Assembly: GCA_029881725.1 (NCBI GenBank) | Contig: JAOUMB010000003.1 | Location: 19,901 to 83,900, forward strand | Source of the DNA: Nitrospirota bacterium | GTDB lineage: Bacteria; Nitrospirota; JACRHL01 | DNA length: 64,000 nucleotides | Direction: 5' to 3' | In this document: in pieces, positions 18,470 through 29,387 of the stretch | Layout of the letters: every line of letters begins with the position of its first letter | How positions within the stretch are numbered: the stretch's first letter is position 1 | Notes under the pieces: model-generated | What the model was told of the DNA's origin: nothing | Databases searched by the model: none | What the model saw: the letters and a program-made list of their open reading frames with translations, nothing else | Program-made: the position numbers and the translations under genes

Positions 18470-19282
18470 CTAGCTGCCCAGTTCCCGCGCCCGCAGTGCC
18501 GCCGCCTCCACCGCGCCGATCACCGCGCCGCGAAACCCGGCCTTTTCCAGCACGTGCAGTCCGGCGGCGGTTGTGCCGCCGGGGCTGGTTACCATGTCCT
18601 TGAGCGCCGCCGGGTGAGTGGCGGTGGACAGCACCATGCGTCCAGCCCCCAGCACCGTCTGTGCCGCCAGGGTCATGGCCACGTCGCGGCTCAGGCCCAT
18701 TTTCACGCCACCGTCCGCCAGCGCCTCGATCATGGTGAATACATAGGCGGGGCCGCTGCCGGACAGGGCGGTCACCGCATCCATTTGCTCCTCGGCCACC
18801 ACCACCACCGAACCCACCGCCGCCAGCACCTCGCGCACCGTGCTCAACTCTGCGGGGGTCACGCCGGGACCGGGGGTCACCGCGGAAGCGCCCTCGCCCA
18901 CCAGGGACGGGGTGTTGGGCATCACCCGTACCACTTTGCTGTCCGCGTAAAGGTGTCCCTGAATGCGCTGGATGGTCACCCCGGCGGCGATGGACACCAC
19001 CACCTGGCCGTCGGCGATATCGTCCTGAATTTCCTTTAGTACCTGATCGATCATTTGCGGCTTGACCGCCAGAATCACCAGCCGGGCCCCTTTCAGGGCG
19101 GCCTTGTTGTCCGCGTGGGCCGTTACGCCGTAGCTGCCGGTCAGGTAGGTGCGGCGGGCCTCCTGCGGATCGGCCACATGGATATGGGTCGGCTCCAGCC
19201 CCATGCCGCTGGCCAGCACCCCTTTGATGAGGGCTTCCGCCATGTTGCCGCCGCCGATAAATGCCAGGGTCAGATCACTCAT
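18470..19282 (-). CDS. proC: pyrroline-5-carboxylate reductase
   Basis: Contains LAFIGGGNMAEAL and the C-terminal VTSPGGTTAAGL. The internal ATG forms an ATGA overlap with the yggS stop. Confidence 0.9.
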   Translation of the reverse strand: MSDLTLAFIGGGNMAEALIKGVLASGMGLEPTHIHVADPQEARRTYLTGSYGVTAHADNKAALKGARLVILAVKPQMIDQVLKEIQDDIADGQVVVSIAAGVTIQRIQGHLYADSKVVRVMPNTPSLVGEGASAVTPGPGVTPAELSTVREVLAAVGSVVVVAEEQMDAVTALSGSGPAYVFTMIEALADGGVKMGLSRDVAMTLAAQTVLGAGRMVLSTATHPAALKDMVTSPGGTTAAGLHVLEKAGFRGAVIGAVEAAALRARELGS

Positions 19283-19974
19283 GCTCTCTCTCCAAACAGT
19301 GCACTGCCCACGCGGACCAGGGTGGCACCTTCCTCGATGGCGACCTCGAAGTCGCCACTCATGCCCATGGACAGGATACGCATTTCCACACCATCGTACC
19401 CTTCCCGGGCGATTTGTTGAAACCGCCGCGCCAGATCCCGGAACACAGGCCGCGCCGCCTGGGGGTCCTGATTGTAGGGGGTCATGCCCATCAGCCCCAT
19501 CAGGCGCAGGTGCGGCAGGGTTCCCACGGCGCGGCACAGTGGCCCCGCCTGATCGGGCAGTACCCCGTATTTTTGCGGTTCTCGGGCGGCGTTGACCTCG
19601 ATCAGCACCGGCTGGATCACCCCCTGTTCCCCGGCGATGCGGCTGATGCGCTCCGCCAGCGGCAGGGTGTCCACCGAGTGAATCAGTGTGAACGCCCCTA
19701 CGGCGCGGGCCACCTTGTTTTTTTGCAGGTGGCCGATCAGGTGCCAGTCGAGGGGGCCGGCATCGGCCAGTGCCTCCATCTTCGGCAGGGCTTCCTGTAA
19801 CCGGCTCTCTCCAAAGGCAGTCAGGCCGCAGTTCACCGCCGTGCGCAGCGCCTCGGCGGGAAAGGTTTTGGACACCGCCAGCAGGGTGACCTCGCCGGGG
19901 GCACGCCCGGCCCGCTCGGCGGACTGTTCCATGCGGGCGCGGATTTCCGCCAGCCGCTCCGGGAAATCACTCAT
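19279..19974 (-). CDS. yggS: YggS family pyridoxal-phosphate homeostasis protein
   Basis: Contains LLAVSKTFPAEAL, FGESRLQEA, WHLIGHLQKNK, LSMGMSGDFEVAIEEGATLVRVGSALFG. Confidence 0.88.
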   Translation of the reverse strand: MSDFPERLAEIRARMEQSAERAGRAPGEVTLLAVSKTFPAEALRTAVNCGLTAFGESRLQEALPKMEALADAGPLDWHLIGHLQKNKVARAVGAFTLIHSVDTLPLAERISRIAGEQGVIQPVLIEVNAAREPQKYGVLPDQAGPLCRAVGTLPHLRLMGLMGMTPYNQDPQAARPVFRDLARRFQQIAREGYDGVEMRILSMGMSGDFEVAIEEGATLVRVGSALFGERA

Positions 19975-20648
19975 GGGGTTGTGGCGCAGCGGATCCAGGC
20001 CACCATGCGCCCGGCGGCGTCGCCGTCCCGGCGGTAGGATTCGTAGCCGGTGCCGCAGTGGGTGCAACCGCCTTGATCGTGAATGGAGCGTACCCCCGCC
20101 GCCTCCAGTTGCAGGCGGTTGAGGGTGGCCACGTCCAGAGTGGGGCGTCCGGAGCGGAAGGTGCCAATAACCCGGTCGGCGAAACGGGGGAAGCGGGTGC
20201 GTACCTGATCCGCCACCTCGGGCCCCACCTCGTAGCAGCAGGGGCGGATGGAGGGGCCCAGCAGGGCGTCGATTTCCTCCGGCTGCACGCCAAAGCGGCG
20301 GCGAAACACGTCCACGGTGGCGGTGGTGATGCCCTCCACGGTGCCCCGCCAACCGGCGTGCACGGCGGCCACCACGGCGCCGTTGCGGGCGGATAGCAGC
20401 AACGGTTGGCAGTCCGCGGTGCGCACCCCGACCGCCACGCCAGGCTGGTCGGTGATCAGCGCGTCTCCCTGTTCCGCAGCCGGGACCGGGGGGGTTCCGG
20501 CCACATACAGCACGGCGCTGCCGTGCACCTGGTGGGTGGTAACGGTATCGGCCGGGGGGGACTCCCCCCGGCGGCAAAAGGCGTGAGGCTCGCTTACGGG
20601 GTCGTTCCGCCCGAGCGGCCGCGCCGGAGGTAGGCCGGAATGTCCCAT
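19971..20648 (-). CDS. pgeF: polyphenol-oxidase/laccase-domain protein (peptidoglycan editing factor PgeF / YfiH family)
   Basis: Contains [40 protein letters not shown]. The only usable start (ATG 20648) overlaps the ftsZ 3' end by 55 nt. The N-terminal region is shorter than usual. Confidence 0.8.
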   Translation of the reverse strand: MGHSGLPPARPLGRNDPVSEPHAFCRRGESPPADTVTTHQVHGSAVLYVAGTPPVPAAEQGDALITDQPGVAVGVRTADCQPLLLSARNGAVVAAVHAGWRGTVEGITTATVDVFRRRFGVQPEEIDALLGPSIRPCCYEVGPEVADQVRTRFPRFADRVIGTFRSGRPTLDVATLNRLQLEAAGVRSIHDQGGCTHCGTGYESYRRDGDAAGRMVAWIRCATTP

Positions 20649-21847
20649 TCGTCCTTGAATTGGCTGGTTTCGGAAAGCGGTTGTCCGGCGCGCATCACCC
20701 CGTCCGTGGCAGGAGCTGGTGGGGCGGCATCCTCCTTGCTGACGAAGGCGGTGGCCTGATGGGCATCCTGCGCGGGCGCGGAGGCTCCGGCGGCGAGGGT
20801 CAACAGGGGCGGCTGGGCGGTAACGGACTCCGGCGTGGCCACGGGAGCGGGGGCTGTCGCCTCCGCCGGCCGGGTGGCCATGGGCACGGTGGTGCGCTCA
20901 AACCCGGTGGCGATCACGGTAATGCGCAGCTCGTCTCCCAGAGACGGGTCGATGACGGTACCGAAGATCACGTTGGCATCCTCGTCCACTGCGTCCTGAA
21001 TCCCCTCGGAAGCCTCCATCACCTCCTCCATGGTGAGGGATTCAGAGGCGGAGATGTTGAACAGAAGACCGGCGGCGCCCCGAATTTCGCCGTCCTCCAG
21101 CAGCGGGCAGGCCAGGGCCTCCTCGGCGGCAGCGCGGGCGCGCCCTTCGCCGGAGGCGGAACCGACACCCAGCAGGGCACGGCCGGGGAAGCTCATCACC
21201 GCCTGCACGTCGGCAAAGTCCACGTTGATGTGCCCCGGCACCAGAATCACGTCACTGATGCCCTGCACGCCCTGGCGCAGGACGTTGTCGGCCACCCGGA
21301 ACGCCTCCATCATCGGCGTGTTGGGGGGCACGAAGGCGGCCAGCCGCTGGTTGGGAATGACGATCATGGAGTCCACCACAAGCGCCAGTTCGGCGATGCC
21401 CTCTTCGGCGCGGGCCATGCGTTTGCGTCCCTCGAATGGGAACGGTTTGGTCACCACGGCCACGGTCAGCGCCCCGGCTTCGCGGGCCAGTTCCGCCACC
21501 ACCGGCGCGGCCCCGGTGCCGGTGCCGCCGCCCATGCCCGCGGTGACGAACACCATGTCGGCGCCGGCAACCGCCTCGCGCAGCTTGTCGGCGTCGTGGG
21601 TGGCGGCGGCGCGCCCCACTTCCGGGTTGGCTCCGGCACCGAGCCCGCGGGTGGTGGCGGTGCCGATCTGCACCCGCGCAGTGGCCTCGGAGCGGCCCAG
21701 CGCCTGACGGTCGGTGTTCACCGCTACGAACTCCACACCGGTCAGCCCCGATGCAATCATCGAGTTGATGGCGTTGCAACCGGCACCGCCCACGCCGATC
21801 ACGCGGATCTGCGGGGTGCCGTTGTCCTTGCTGGAAAATTCGAACAT
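20594..21847 (-). CDS. ftsZ: cell division protein FtsZ
   Basis: Contains [17 protein letters not shown] and [14 protein letters not shown], with the C-terminal peptide DIPAYLRRG. The start is at the internal ATG (MFEFSS). Confidence 0.97.
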   Translation of the reverse strand: MFEFSSKDNGTPQIRVIGVGGAGCNAINSMIASGLTGVEFVAVNTDRQALGRSEATARVQIGTATTRGLGAGANPEVGRAAATHDADKLREAVAGADMVFVTAGMGGGTGTGAAPVVAELAREAGALTVAVVTKPFPFEGRKRMARAEEGIAELALVVDSMIVIPNQRLAAFVPPNTPMMEAFRVADNVLRQGVQGISDVILVPGHINVDFADVQAVMSFPGRALLGVGSASGEGRARAAAEEALACPLLEDGEIRGAAGLLFNISASESLTMEEVMEASEGIQDAVDEDANVIFGTVIDPSLGDELRITVIATGFERTTVPMATRPAEATAPAPVATPESVTAQPPLLTLAAGASAPAQDAHQATAFVSKEDAAPPAPATDGVMRAGQPLSETSQFKDEWDIPAYLRRGRSGGTTP

Positions 21848-21885
21848 GCTGCGCTCCTTCGCGTCGCCGTACCGGGTGGAAGATT

Positions 21886-23106
21886 CTAGAAAAATGTCTG
21901 CATCCAGCGGGTGATGCGCGCCACACCCCGGGGTGGCGCCGCTTCCGCCAGCCCTTGGGTGAGGCCCGCCAGCGCCAGCCGCGCCAGGCCCACGGCAGTG
22001 GCGTTCTTGGGGTTGGCGGCCAACTCCACCAGTCCGGCAAGGGCTACTGGCGTGCCGCGCCGGCACGGCAGCCCGGTAATGCGCCGGGCCACTTCGGTGA
22101 GGCCCGGCAGCAGGGAGCCACCGCCGGTGACCACCAGCCCCGAGCCGATGCGGCGGGACAGGCCCGAGCGGTGTAATTCCTCGGCGGCCAACTCCAGAAT
22201 TTCCTCAACCCGCGCACCGATGATGTCGGCCAGCAGGCGGCGCTCCGCCGAATGCCCTTCGCGGCCGCCCACGCCGGGCACCTCCACCTGTTCGGAGGGG
22301 TCCACCTCGCCAGTGAGGGCGGTGCCATAGCGCACCTTGATGCGCTCCGCGTCCCGGACCGGGGTGGACAGACCGTGGGAGACGTCCCGCGTCACGTGGG
22401 TGCCGCCCAGTGGCAGTACCCAGGTGTGGCACAGGGCGCCGTCGGTGAAAACCGCCATGTCGGTAGTGCCTCCGCCGATGTCCAGCAGCGCCACCCCCAA
22501 TTCCAGTTCCTCCGGAGACAGCACCGCGTGGGCCGAGGCCAGTTGTTGCGGGGCCAGATGATCCACCTGCAGGCCGGCGCGCTCCACGCAGGTGAGCAGG
22601 TTCTGTACGGAACTGGCGGCGCCGATCACCACGTGCGCCTCCACGCTCAGGCGGTCGCCCACCATGCCCAGCGGATTGCCGATGGCGCTTTGTGAGTCCA
22701 GGGTGTAATGACGGGGCACCACCTGAATCACCTCGTCGTCACGCCCCAGTTCAACGGCGCGCACCTGTTCCAGCACGTTGCCGATGTCCTCCATGGTGAC
22801 CCGCTCGCCCTTGACTCCCACCCCGGCCCGGTTGTTCAGGCCGCGCATATGGGTGCCACTGACACCGGCCACCACCGCGTGGATATCCACCCCGGACATG
22901 GCTTCAGCGGCGGCTACCGCCTCGCCAATGGCCTTGACCGTGGCGTCGATGGAGACCACCGCACCCTGCTTGATGCCACTGCATTCGGCGCTGCCCACGC
23001 CCAGCACGTTGAGCGTGGGCGCGTTTTCGGTCTGCTCCGCCACCACCGCGCTGACCTTGGTGGTGCCCAGATCCAGTCCGACCACGATTTCGTCCCGTTT
23101 CGCCAT
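21886..23106 (-). CDS. ftsA: cell division protein FtsA
   Basis: Contains [15 protein letters not shown] and [12 protein letters not shown], with a C-terminal amphipathic tail [10 protein letters not shown]. Confidence 0.95.
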   Translation of the reverse strand: MAKRDEIVVGLDLGTTKVSAVVAEQTENAPTLNVLGVGSAECSGIKQGAVVSIDATVKAIGEAVAAAEAMSGVDIHAVVAGVSGTHMRGLNNRAGVGVKGERVTMEDIGNVLEQVRAVELGRDDEVIQVVPRHYTLDSQSAIGNPLGMVGDRLSVEAHVVIGAASSVQNLLTCVERAGLQVDHLAPQQLASAHAVLSPEELELGVALLDIGGGTTDMAVFTDGALCHTWVLPLGGTHVTRDVSHGLSTPVRDAERIKVRYGTALTGEVDPSEQVEVPGVGGREGHSAERRLLADIIGARVEEILELAAEELHRSGLSRRIGSGLVVTGGGSLLPGLTEVARRITGLPCRRGTPVALAGLVELAANPKNATAVGLARLALAGLTQGLAEAAPPRGVARITRWMQTFF

Positions 23107-23134
23107 TCCCTCTCCGATGCTCGGCCCCCCCGAA

Positions 23135-23938
23135 TTAAAGGGGACGCGCCACCACCCGGTCGTCGTAACGCAAATCCACTTCGGTGCCCTGTTTGCCCCC
23201 CATGCGGTGTAGTTCCTCCCGCAGCCGGGCCAGCCGCTCCAACCGCCAATGGTAACCGCCCGCGTCGCCCACCCGCACGCGCATGCCGTCCGCCAGTAGC
23301 AGCGGGTCGCGCGGGTCGGCCACGTCCACCCGCCCGCCGGGGCGGCCATAGGCGGAGGCCACTTCCAGCCCCACGGTCACCTGTTGCAGGTCCACCCGGT
23401 CGCCGGTCACGACCCCTTTGATGACGATACCGCTCAGCTGTGGCAGCCGGTGGGAGCCCTCCTCCGGGCGGCCCAGCACCATGCCCTCCGCGTCCACCAT
23501 CAGGTGCGGCTGACCGGTGCCGTCCAGCAGCACGGCCCGGGGGGTACGTTCCCACACCCGGATGGTCAGCGTGGATGGATACAGGCGGCGTACGGAAACG
23601 CGTTCCACCCACGGGTGGGTGAGCACGCTGCGGGACACCGCTTCCAGATCCAGTCCTGGCAAACGGGCGCCAGTGGGCAGTTGCAGCCGGGCCAGCAGTT
23701 TTTCCTCGGGGATGCGGGCGTTTCCCGCAAACTGGACGTGCTTGACGTCAAGCAGTCCGGTCCCCAGGGCGGTGTGATAGGCATACCCCAAACCGCCCAG
23801 CAGGCCGGACAGCAACACGGTCAGCATGATGTGCTTGAGGGTGCGGCGCAGGCGGACCCGTGCGGCGGTGCGCGCGGTGACGGGATCAGGGCGCCGCTGG
23901 TTGCGCGGAACGCGCTTTTTGGAACGGGCGCCGATCAT
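23135..23938 (-). CDS. ftsQ: cell division protein FtsQ
   Basis: It has a basic N-terminus, a single TM helix (IMLTVLLSGLLGGLG) and a POTRA-like segment. It lies between ddl and ftsA. Confidence 0.8.
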   Translation of the reverse strand: MIGARSKKRVPRNQRRPDPVTARTAARVRLRRTLKHIMLTVLLSGLLGGLGYAYHTALGTGLLDVKHVQFAGNARIPEEKLLARLQLPTGARLPGLDLEAVSRSVLTHPWVERVSVRRLYPSTLTIRVWERTPRAVLLDGTGQPHLMVDAEGMVLGRPEEGSHRLPQLSGIVIKGVVTGDRVDLQQVTVGLEVASAYGRPGGRVDVADPRDPLLLADGMRVRVGDAGGYHWRLERLARLREELHRMGGKQGTEVDLRYDDRVVARPL

Positions 23939-24858
23939 GGGCGGGCTCCATCCAGGGTGGCGCCGTGAATCATGCGCTCGATCAACTCCTCAAACGACAT
24001 TCCGGCGGCACGGGCGGCCTTGGGCAGCAGACTGGTCGCGGTCATGCCGGGAATGGTGTTGACCTCCAGCACCCACGGGTTCAGGTTGGCGTCCAGCATC
24101 ACGTCCACCCGCGCCGCTCCCCGGCATCCCAGGGTGCGGTAGGCGGCCACGGCCTCGCTGCTGATGGCTGCGGCCTCGGCGGCGGGCAGTTCGGCGGGCA
24201 CCACGTACTGGGTTCCGGAACCCTTCTGGTATTTGGCCTCGAAGGTAAAAAAGCCCGCCGCGGGAACGATCTCCACAATTGGCAGCGGTTCCCCGTCCAG
24301 CACGCTGACGGTTACCTCGCGTCCGCTCACGGCAGCCTCCGCGTAGGCGTGGCTGTCCTCCTGAAACGCCTCGGCCACGGCGCCGGGCAATGCCGCTGCA
24401 TCCTTCACGTACTGGATGCCGATGGACGAGCCACCGACCACCGGTTTCACCACCACCGGGTAGGGAAGTGCGATGGCGGTGGTGGTGGGGGACAGGGTTT
24501 CGAAGGCGGGGGTCGGCACCCCGGCGGCGGTAAGCAGGTTCTTGGTTACCAGTTTGTCGGCGGCGGCGGCGCTGGCAAGTACGCCGGAACCGGTATAGGG
24601 GATGCCCATGTATTCCAGCATGCCCTGCACCGTGCCGTCCTCTCCGAGGCGCCCGTGCAGGGCGATAAATACTGCGTCGGGGCGGGCTTTCTTGAGCTGA
24701 TCGGCCAGATCGGCACCGGCGTCGATTTCGGTGACCTCCAGGCCGATGGCCGCCAGGGCTCCCGCGGCGGCACGGCCACTGGTGAGCGAGATTTCGCGCT
24801 CGCTGGAGCGGCCGCCCATCAACACCGCCACGCGCCGGATGTTACCGGTGCCGCTCAT
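23935..24858 (-). CDS. ddl: D-alanine--D-alanine ligase
   Basis: Contains VAVLMGGRSSEREISL, HGRLGEDGTVQG, and an ATP-grasp C-terminus with EVNTIPGMT. Confidence 0.95.
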   Translation of the reverse strand: MSGTGNIRRVAVLMGGRSSEREISLTSGRAAAGALAAIGLEVTEIDAGADLADQLKKARPDAVFIALHGRLGEDGTVQGMLEYMGIPYTGSGVLASAAAADKLVTKNLLTAAGVPTPAFETLSPTTTAIALPYPVVVKPVVGGSSIGIQYVKDAAALPGAVAEAFQEDSHAYAEAAVSGREVTVSVLDGEPLPIVEIVPAAGFFTFEAKYQKGSGTQYVVPAELPAAEAAAISSEAVAAYRTLGCRGAARVDVMLDANLNPWVLEVNTIPGMTATSLLPKAARAAGMSFEELIERMIHGATLDGARP

Positions 24859-25775
24859 GCCTTTTTCTCCCGCCCGATCACGCGCACCTCGCGCTCGAGC
24901 TCAATGCCGAATTTCTGCATCACCCGGTCCCGCACCCGGTTGGCCAGGGTTTCCACGTCGTGGGCAGAGGCCTTGCCAGTATTGACGATGAAATTGGCGT
25001 GGCGACCGGATACCACCGCGTCGCCCTCCTCCCACTCCTTGCACCCCGCCTCCTCGATCAGGCGCGCGGCGTAGTCTCCCTCCGGATTTTTGAAGAATGA
25101 TCCGGCGTTGGGAGTGAGCACCGGCTGGGTGCGGTCGCGTTTTTCCAGGTTGGCCTCGGTCACCTTGCGGATCTCCTGCGGGTCACCCGGACGCAGGGAA
25201 AATACCGCCGACATGACCACCCCCTCGGGGAAGGAGGACTTGCGGTAGCCCATGCCCAGCCGCTCCACCGGCAGGGTGAGGATGTCGCCGTGCAGGGTGA
25301 CCATGTCGATGCACTCCAGCACGTTGGCCAGTTCACCCCCGTGGGCCCCCGCGTTCATGCGTACCGCCCCGCCCACGGTGCCGGGAATGCCGGCGGCGAA
25401 TTCAAGTCCGGTCAGGCTCCGGCGGGCGGCATCGCGCACCAGACGGGGGAACGGTACCCCCGATTCGGCCACCAGAGTATCGGGGCCGATGGCGGTAATG
25501 GAGTTGCAGCGCGCCAGACGCAGCACCATGCCCTCGACGCCGCCGTCCCGCACCAGCAGGTTGGTGCCGTTGCCGAGAATGGTTACCGGAATCCCCAGCG
25601 AACGGGCGCAGGCCAGAAGGCCGGGAATGGTGCGCACGGTACGCGGGCTGACCAGATAGTCAGCGGGTCCGCCGATGCGCAGGGAGGTGTGGCGGGCGAG
25701 GGGTTCATGCTCCTTCACCTCGCCGAACACCGCCAGGGCGTCGGCAATGTTGCCTCTCTGGGTGCTCGCGCTCAC
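24855..25775 (-). CDS. murB: UDP-N-acetylenolpyruvoylglucosamine reductase
   Basis: Contains LRIGGPADYL, ILGNGTNLLV, AGIPGTVGGAVRMNAGA, AGSFFKNP. I chose the GTG at 25775, which forms a GTGA overlap with the murC stop. The longer ORF (to 25832) would overlap murC by 61 nt. Confidence 0.9.
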   Translation of the reverse strand: MSASTQRGNIADALAVFGEVKEHEPLARHTSLRIGGPADYLVSPRTVRTIPGLLACARSLGIPVTILGNGTNLLVRDGGVEGMVLRLARCNSITAIGPDTLVAESGVPFPRLVRDAARRSLTGLEFAAGIPGTVGGAVRMNAGAHGGELANVLECIDMVTLHGDILTLPVERLGMGYRKSSFPEGVVMSAVFSLRPGDPQEIRKVTEANLEKRDRTQPVLTPNAGSFFKNPEGDYAARLIEEAGCKEWEEGDAVVSGRHANFIVNTGKASAHDVETLANRVRDRVMQKFGIELEREVRVIGREKKA

Positions 25776-27166
25776 GCGCCCGCCTGCTTGCGGCCGTTCA
25801 CGCCGTCCAGGTATTCCGTGCCCACCTTCCACACATCACCGGCGCCCAGGGTGAGCACCACGTCGCCCTCGCCCAGTTCGGTGCGCAGGTGTTCCAGCAC
25901 GTCGTCGTGGGTGGGGGTCAGGTGCACGTCCCGGTGGCCGCAGGCGCGCACGCTCTCCAGCAGGGCCTGGCTGCTGATGCCCTCGATGGGGGCCTCGCCC
26001 GCTGCATAGATGTCCATCAGCAGCAGCCGGTCAGCGCTGTGGAAGGCGCGCGCGAAACCTTCCGCCTGATCGCGGGTGCGGGTGTAGCGGTGGGGCTGGA
26101 ATACCACCAGCAACCGTCGATCGGGGAAACTCTCGCGGGCCGCGGCCAGGGTGGCGCGAACCTCGGTGGGGTGGTGGCCGTAGTCATCCACCACGGTCAC
26201 GCCACCGGCCTCGCCCTTGCGCTCCATGCGCCGTCCCACCCCGGAAAATCCGGCCAGGGCTTCGCGGATGGTGTCGATGGGCAGGCCCAGTTCCAGTCCG
26301 GCGCAGATGGCGGCCATGGCGTTCTGGGCGTTGTGGCGGCCAGTGAGCGGCGTGGTGAATTCACCCAGGGACTCGCCCCGGTAAATCACCTCGAAGCGGT
26401 TGCCCTGCGGTCCCATCTCCAGCTTGTCGCCGCGCAGGTCGGCCTGCCGGGTGAAGCCGTAGGTGATGGCGCGTTTATAGATCTTGGGCATCAGCGCCTG
26501 CACCTCCGGGTCGTCCAGGCACAGGATTGCGGCGCCGTAAAATGGCACCTTGTTGACGAAATCGGCGAACGCGGCACGGATGGCGTCCATGTCGTCGTAG
26601 AAATCCAGGTGTTCCCGGTCCAGGTTGGTGACCACCGCCAAAGACGGCGACAGCTTGAGGAACGAGCCGTCCGACTCGTCGGCCTCGGCCACCATGTATT
26701 CCCCGTACCCCAGCTTGGCGGAGGAGCCGTACTGGTTGAGACGGCCGCCGATGACCACGGTGGGGTCCAATCCTCCTTCGCCGATCACGGTGGCCACCAG
26801 GCTGGTGGTGGTGGTCTTGCCGTGAGCCCCGGCTACCGCCACGCCGAATTTCATGCGCATCAACTCGGCCAGCATCTCGGCCCGCTGGATCACCGGAATG
26901 CCCTGTTCGCGGGCGGCCACCACTTCCACGTTGCTGGCCTTGACGGCGGTGGACACCACCACCACCTGGGCGTCGGTGATGTGTCCCGCGTCGTGTCCCT
27001 GCATCACGGTACCGCCCAGCGACACCAGTCGCCGGGTCACATCCGTGTCGGACAGATCGGAGCCGGATACCTGGTACCCCAGGTTGATCAGCACCTCGGC
27101 GATGCCGTTCATGCCGGAACCGCCAATACCGACGAAGTGAATGCGGTGGATGTTGTGAAATCTCAT
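25772..27166 (-). CDS. murC: UDP-N-acetylmuramate--L-alanine ligase
   Basis: Contains IHFVGIGGSGMNGIAEVL, GAHGKTTTTSL, DDYGHHP. Confidence 0.95.
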   Translation of the reverse strand: MRFHNIHRIHFVGIGGSGMNGIAEVLINLGYQVSGSDLSDTDVTRRLVSLGGTVMQGHDAGHITDAQVVVVSTAVKASNVEVVAAREQGIPVIQRAEMLAELMRMKFGVAVAGAHGKTTTTSLVATVIGEGGLDPTVVIGGRLNQYGSSAKLGYGEYMVAEADESDGSFLKLSPSLAVVTNLDREHLDFYDDMDAIRAAFADFVNKVPFYGAAILCLDDPEVQALMPKIYKRAITYGFTRQADLRGDKLEMGPQGNRFEVIYRGESLGEFTTPLTGRHNAQNAMAAICAGLELGLPIDTIREALAGFSGVGRRMERKGEAGGVTVVDDYGHHPTEVRATLAAARESFPDRRLLVVFQPHRYTRTRDQAEGFARAFHSADRLLLMDIYAAGEAPIEGISSQALLESVRACGHRDVHLTPTHDDVLEHLRTELGEGDVVLTLGAGDVWKVGTEYLDGVNGRKQAGA

Positions 27167-28266
27167 GCGGGGCTCACCGAAGGGGGGGTATGGTCATGGA
27201 CCAGTTGCAGGCATTCGGCGACGATCTCTTCTGCGGCTCCGGGACGTCCCAGGCCGCGCGACGCCTTCTCCATTGTAGCCATTTGTGACCGGTTTTGAAG
27301 CAGGGATGTGGCGGTTTCCGCCAGCCGCTCCGGGGTGAGTTCCTTCTGCTCGATCATGACTGCCGCCCCCGCCTCCACCAGGGTGACCGCGTTGGCCCGC
27401 TGGTGGTCGTGGGTGGCGTGGGGATAGGGAATGAGGATGGACGGCTTGCCCAGCGCGGTAATCTCAGCCAGGGAGGTGGCTCCGGCGCGGGCTACCACCA
27501 GATCGGCGGCGGCATAGGCGGCGCCCATGTGGTCGATGAAGCGCAGCACTTCCACCCGCGCCGCGTGGCGGCGCAGTTCGGCGGCCACCCGGCTGTGGTC
27601 GTGGTCGCCAGTCTGCAGGGTCACGGTCAGGTCGGGCACCGCCGCCAGCATCGGCTCGATGGCGTCGATCACCGCGTTGTTGATGGCCTGTGCCCCCTGA
27701 CTGCCGCCGAACACCAGCAGGTGCGGCGGCGCGTTCTCCGGGCGTGGCACGGCGGCGTCCAGGAGTTCCCCACGCACCGGGTTGCCGGCCACGGAAAAGG
27801 TGCCGCCCTTGAAGTGGTCCCTGGCGGCCTCGAAGGACAGAAATACCCGGTCCACGCCGGGGCCGAAGATGCGGTTGGTGACGCCGGGGATGGCGTTCTG
27901 TTCCATTATTACGCGCGGGATGCGGCGCAGTCCGGCGGCGAACAGCACCGGCGCGGAAGCGTAGCCGCCCACGCCGATCACCAGATCCGGACGGAACTCG
28001 GTCAGGATGCGCCACCCGGCGGCCAGCGCCGAAGGCAGTACCGCCAGGGCCAGCAAGCGGCGGACCAGCCCCACCTTGATCATGCCCATCACCGGCAGCA
28101 CGTGCAGCGTGTAGCCGTGTTTTGGCACCACCTGGGCTTCCAGCCCGTGGGCGGTGCCGGCAAAGGCCACCTCGCAATCCGGAACCTGGGCGCGGAATGC
28201 CGCCGCCACCGCCAGGCCGGGGAACAGGTGCCCCCCGGTGCCGCCGCCCGCAATCAGCACCTTCAT
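27163..28266 (-). CDS. murG: undecaprenyldiphospho-muramoylpentapeptide beta-N-acetylglucosaminyltransferase
   Basis: Contains MKVLIAGGGTGGHLFPGLAVA and RAGATSLAEI. It is the C-terminal 367 codons of a 796-codon stop-to-stop ORF. Confidence 0.95.
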   Translation of the reverse strand: MKVLIAGGGTGGHLFPGLAVAAAFRAQVPDCEVAFAGTAHGLEAQVVPKHGYTLHVLPVMGMIKVGLVRRLLALAVLPSALAAGWRILTEFRPDLVIGVGGYASAPVLFAAGLRRIPRVIMEQNAIPGVTNRIFGPGVDRVFLSFEAARDHFKGGTFSVAGNPVRGELLDAAVPRPENAPPHLLVFGGSQGAQAINNAVIDAIEPMLAAVPDLTVTLQTGDHDHSRVAAELRRHAARVEVLRFIDHMGAAYAAADLVVARAGATSLAEITALGKPSILIPYPHATHDHQRANAVTLVEAGAAVMIEQKELTPERLAETATSLLQNRSQMATMEKASRGLGRPGAAEEIVAECLQLVHDHTPPSVSPA

Positions 28267-29387
28267 GACGGTGCCCCCTTGCGGCCGGAGCGGCCCTTGG
28301 AGATGTTGATCAGCACCCCGGTGGCAAACAGGCTCACCAGCAGGGACGACCCCCCGTAGCTCACGAATGGCATGGGCAGGCCTTTGTTGGGCAGGGCGCC
28401 CACGGTCACGCCCATGTTGATCAGCGCCTGCAACACGATCATCAGTGTCAATCCCAGTGCCAGATAGGCTCCGAACGGGTCGTGGGCGGCACGGGCGATG
28501 ACCATGCCACGCCAGGCGAACAGGATGAACAGGGTCATCACCAGCAATGCGCCGATCAGCCCCAGTTCCTCGCCGATCACGGCGTAGATGAAATCGGTGT
28601 GCGGCTCGGGTAGAAAAAACAGTTTTTGTTTTCCCTCCCCCAGCCCGGTGCCAGTGATACCCCCGGAGCCGAAGGCCAGGAACGACTGCACCACCTGAAA
28701 CCCGGAACCGGTGGGGTCGGCCCACGGATCCAGATAGGAGGTCAGCCGGGTCAGCCGGTATGGTTCCAGCCACACCGCCAGGGCGAATCCGGCGGCCCCC
28801 ACCACCCCCAGGGGAAGAATGAAGCGCCAGCCAATGCCGCCCACGAACAGCAGGCAGGCGGTGACGGCGGCGATGGCCACTGCGTTGCCCAGGTCCGGCT
28901 CCACCACGATCAGCGCTAGGGCGGAGCCGATCACGATCAGCGGGCGGAGCACCGGCCACAGCCGTCCGCTTCGAAGCTCCGCCGCGTGACCGGACAGGTA
29001 GGCAGCCATGTAGGCGATGCATGCAAACTTGGCAATTTCCGAGGGCTGGATGTTGAACCCTCCCGCTCCCAGCCAGCGGCGCGCCCCTCCGGCGCTGATG
29101 CCGATGCCGGGGATGAGAGTGAAGATCAGCGCCAGCAGGGTCCCGATCATCAGCACCGGCACCGCCCGGCGCCAATGGCGGTAGTCCACCAGCAATCCGA
29201 ACAGCAGGGCGCCCAACCCCAGGGCGGCCCAGATGCCCTGTTTGGCGGCAAAGTGCCAGGAGGAGCCGTAGGTGGACAGGGCACGCGGGGCGCTGGCCGA
29301 ATAGATCATCACCAGCCCCGTACCCAGCAGAGCTACGGCAATTACCGGGATCCACGGATCCACCGGCATGACCTTGCGGCGGCTCAT
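28263..29387 (-). CDS. ftsW: peptidoglycan glycosyltransferase FtsW (SEDS family)
   Basis: It is a multi-pass membrane protein containing RWLGAGGFNIQPSEIAKF and LPNKGLPMPFVSYGGSS. Confidence 0.93.
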   Translation of the reverse strand: MSRRKVMPVDPWIPVIAVALLGTGLVMIYSASAPRALSTYGSSWHFAAKQGIWAALGLGALLFGLLVDYRHWRRAVPVLMIGTLLALIFTLIPGIGISAGGARRWLGAGGFNIQPSEIAKFACIAYMAAYLSGHAAELRSGRLWPVLRPLIVIGSALALIVVEPDLGNAVAIAAVTACLLFVGGIGWRFILPLGVVGAAGFALAVWLEPYRLTRLTSYLDPWADPTGSGFQVVQSFLAFGSGGITGTGLGEGKQKLFFLPEPHTDFIYAVIGEELGLIGALLVMTLFILFAWRGMVIARAAHDPFGAYLALGLTLMIVLQALINMGVTVGALPNKGLPMPFVSYGGSSLLVSLFATGVLINISKGRSGRKGAPS

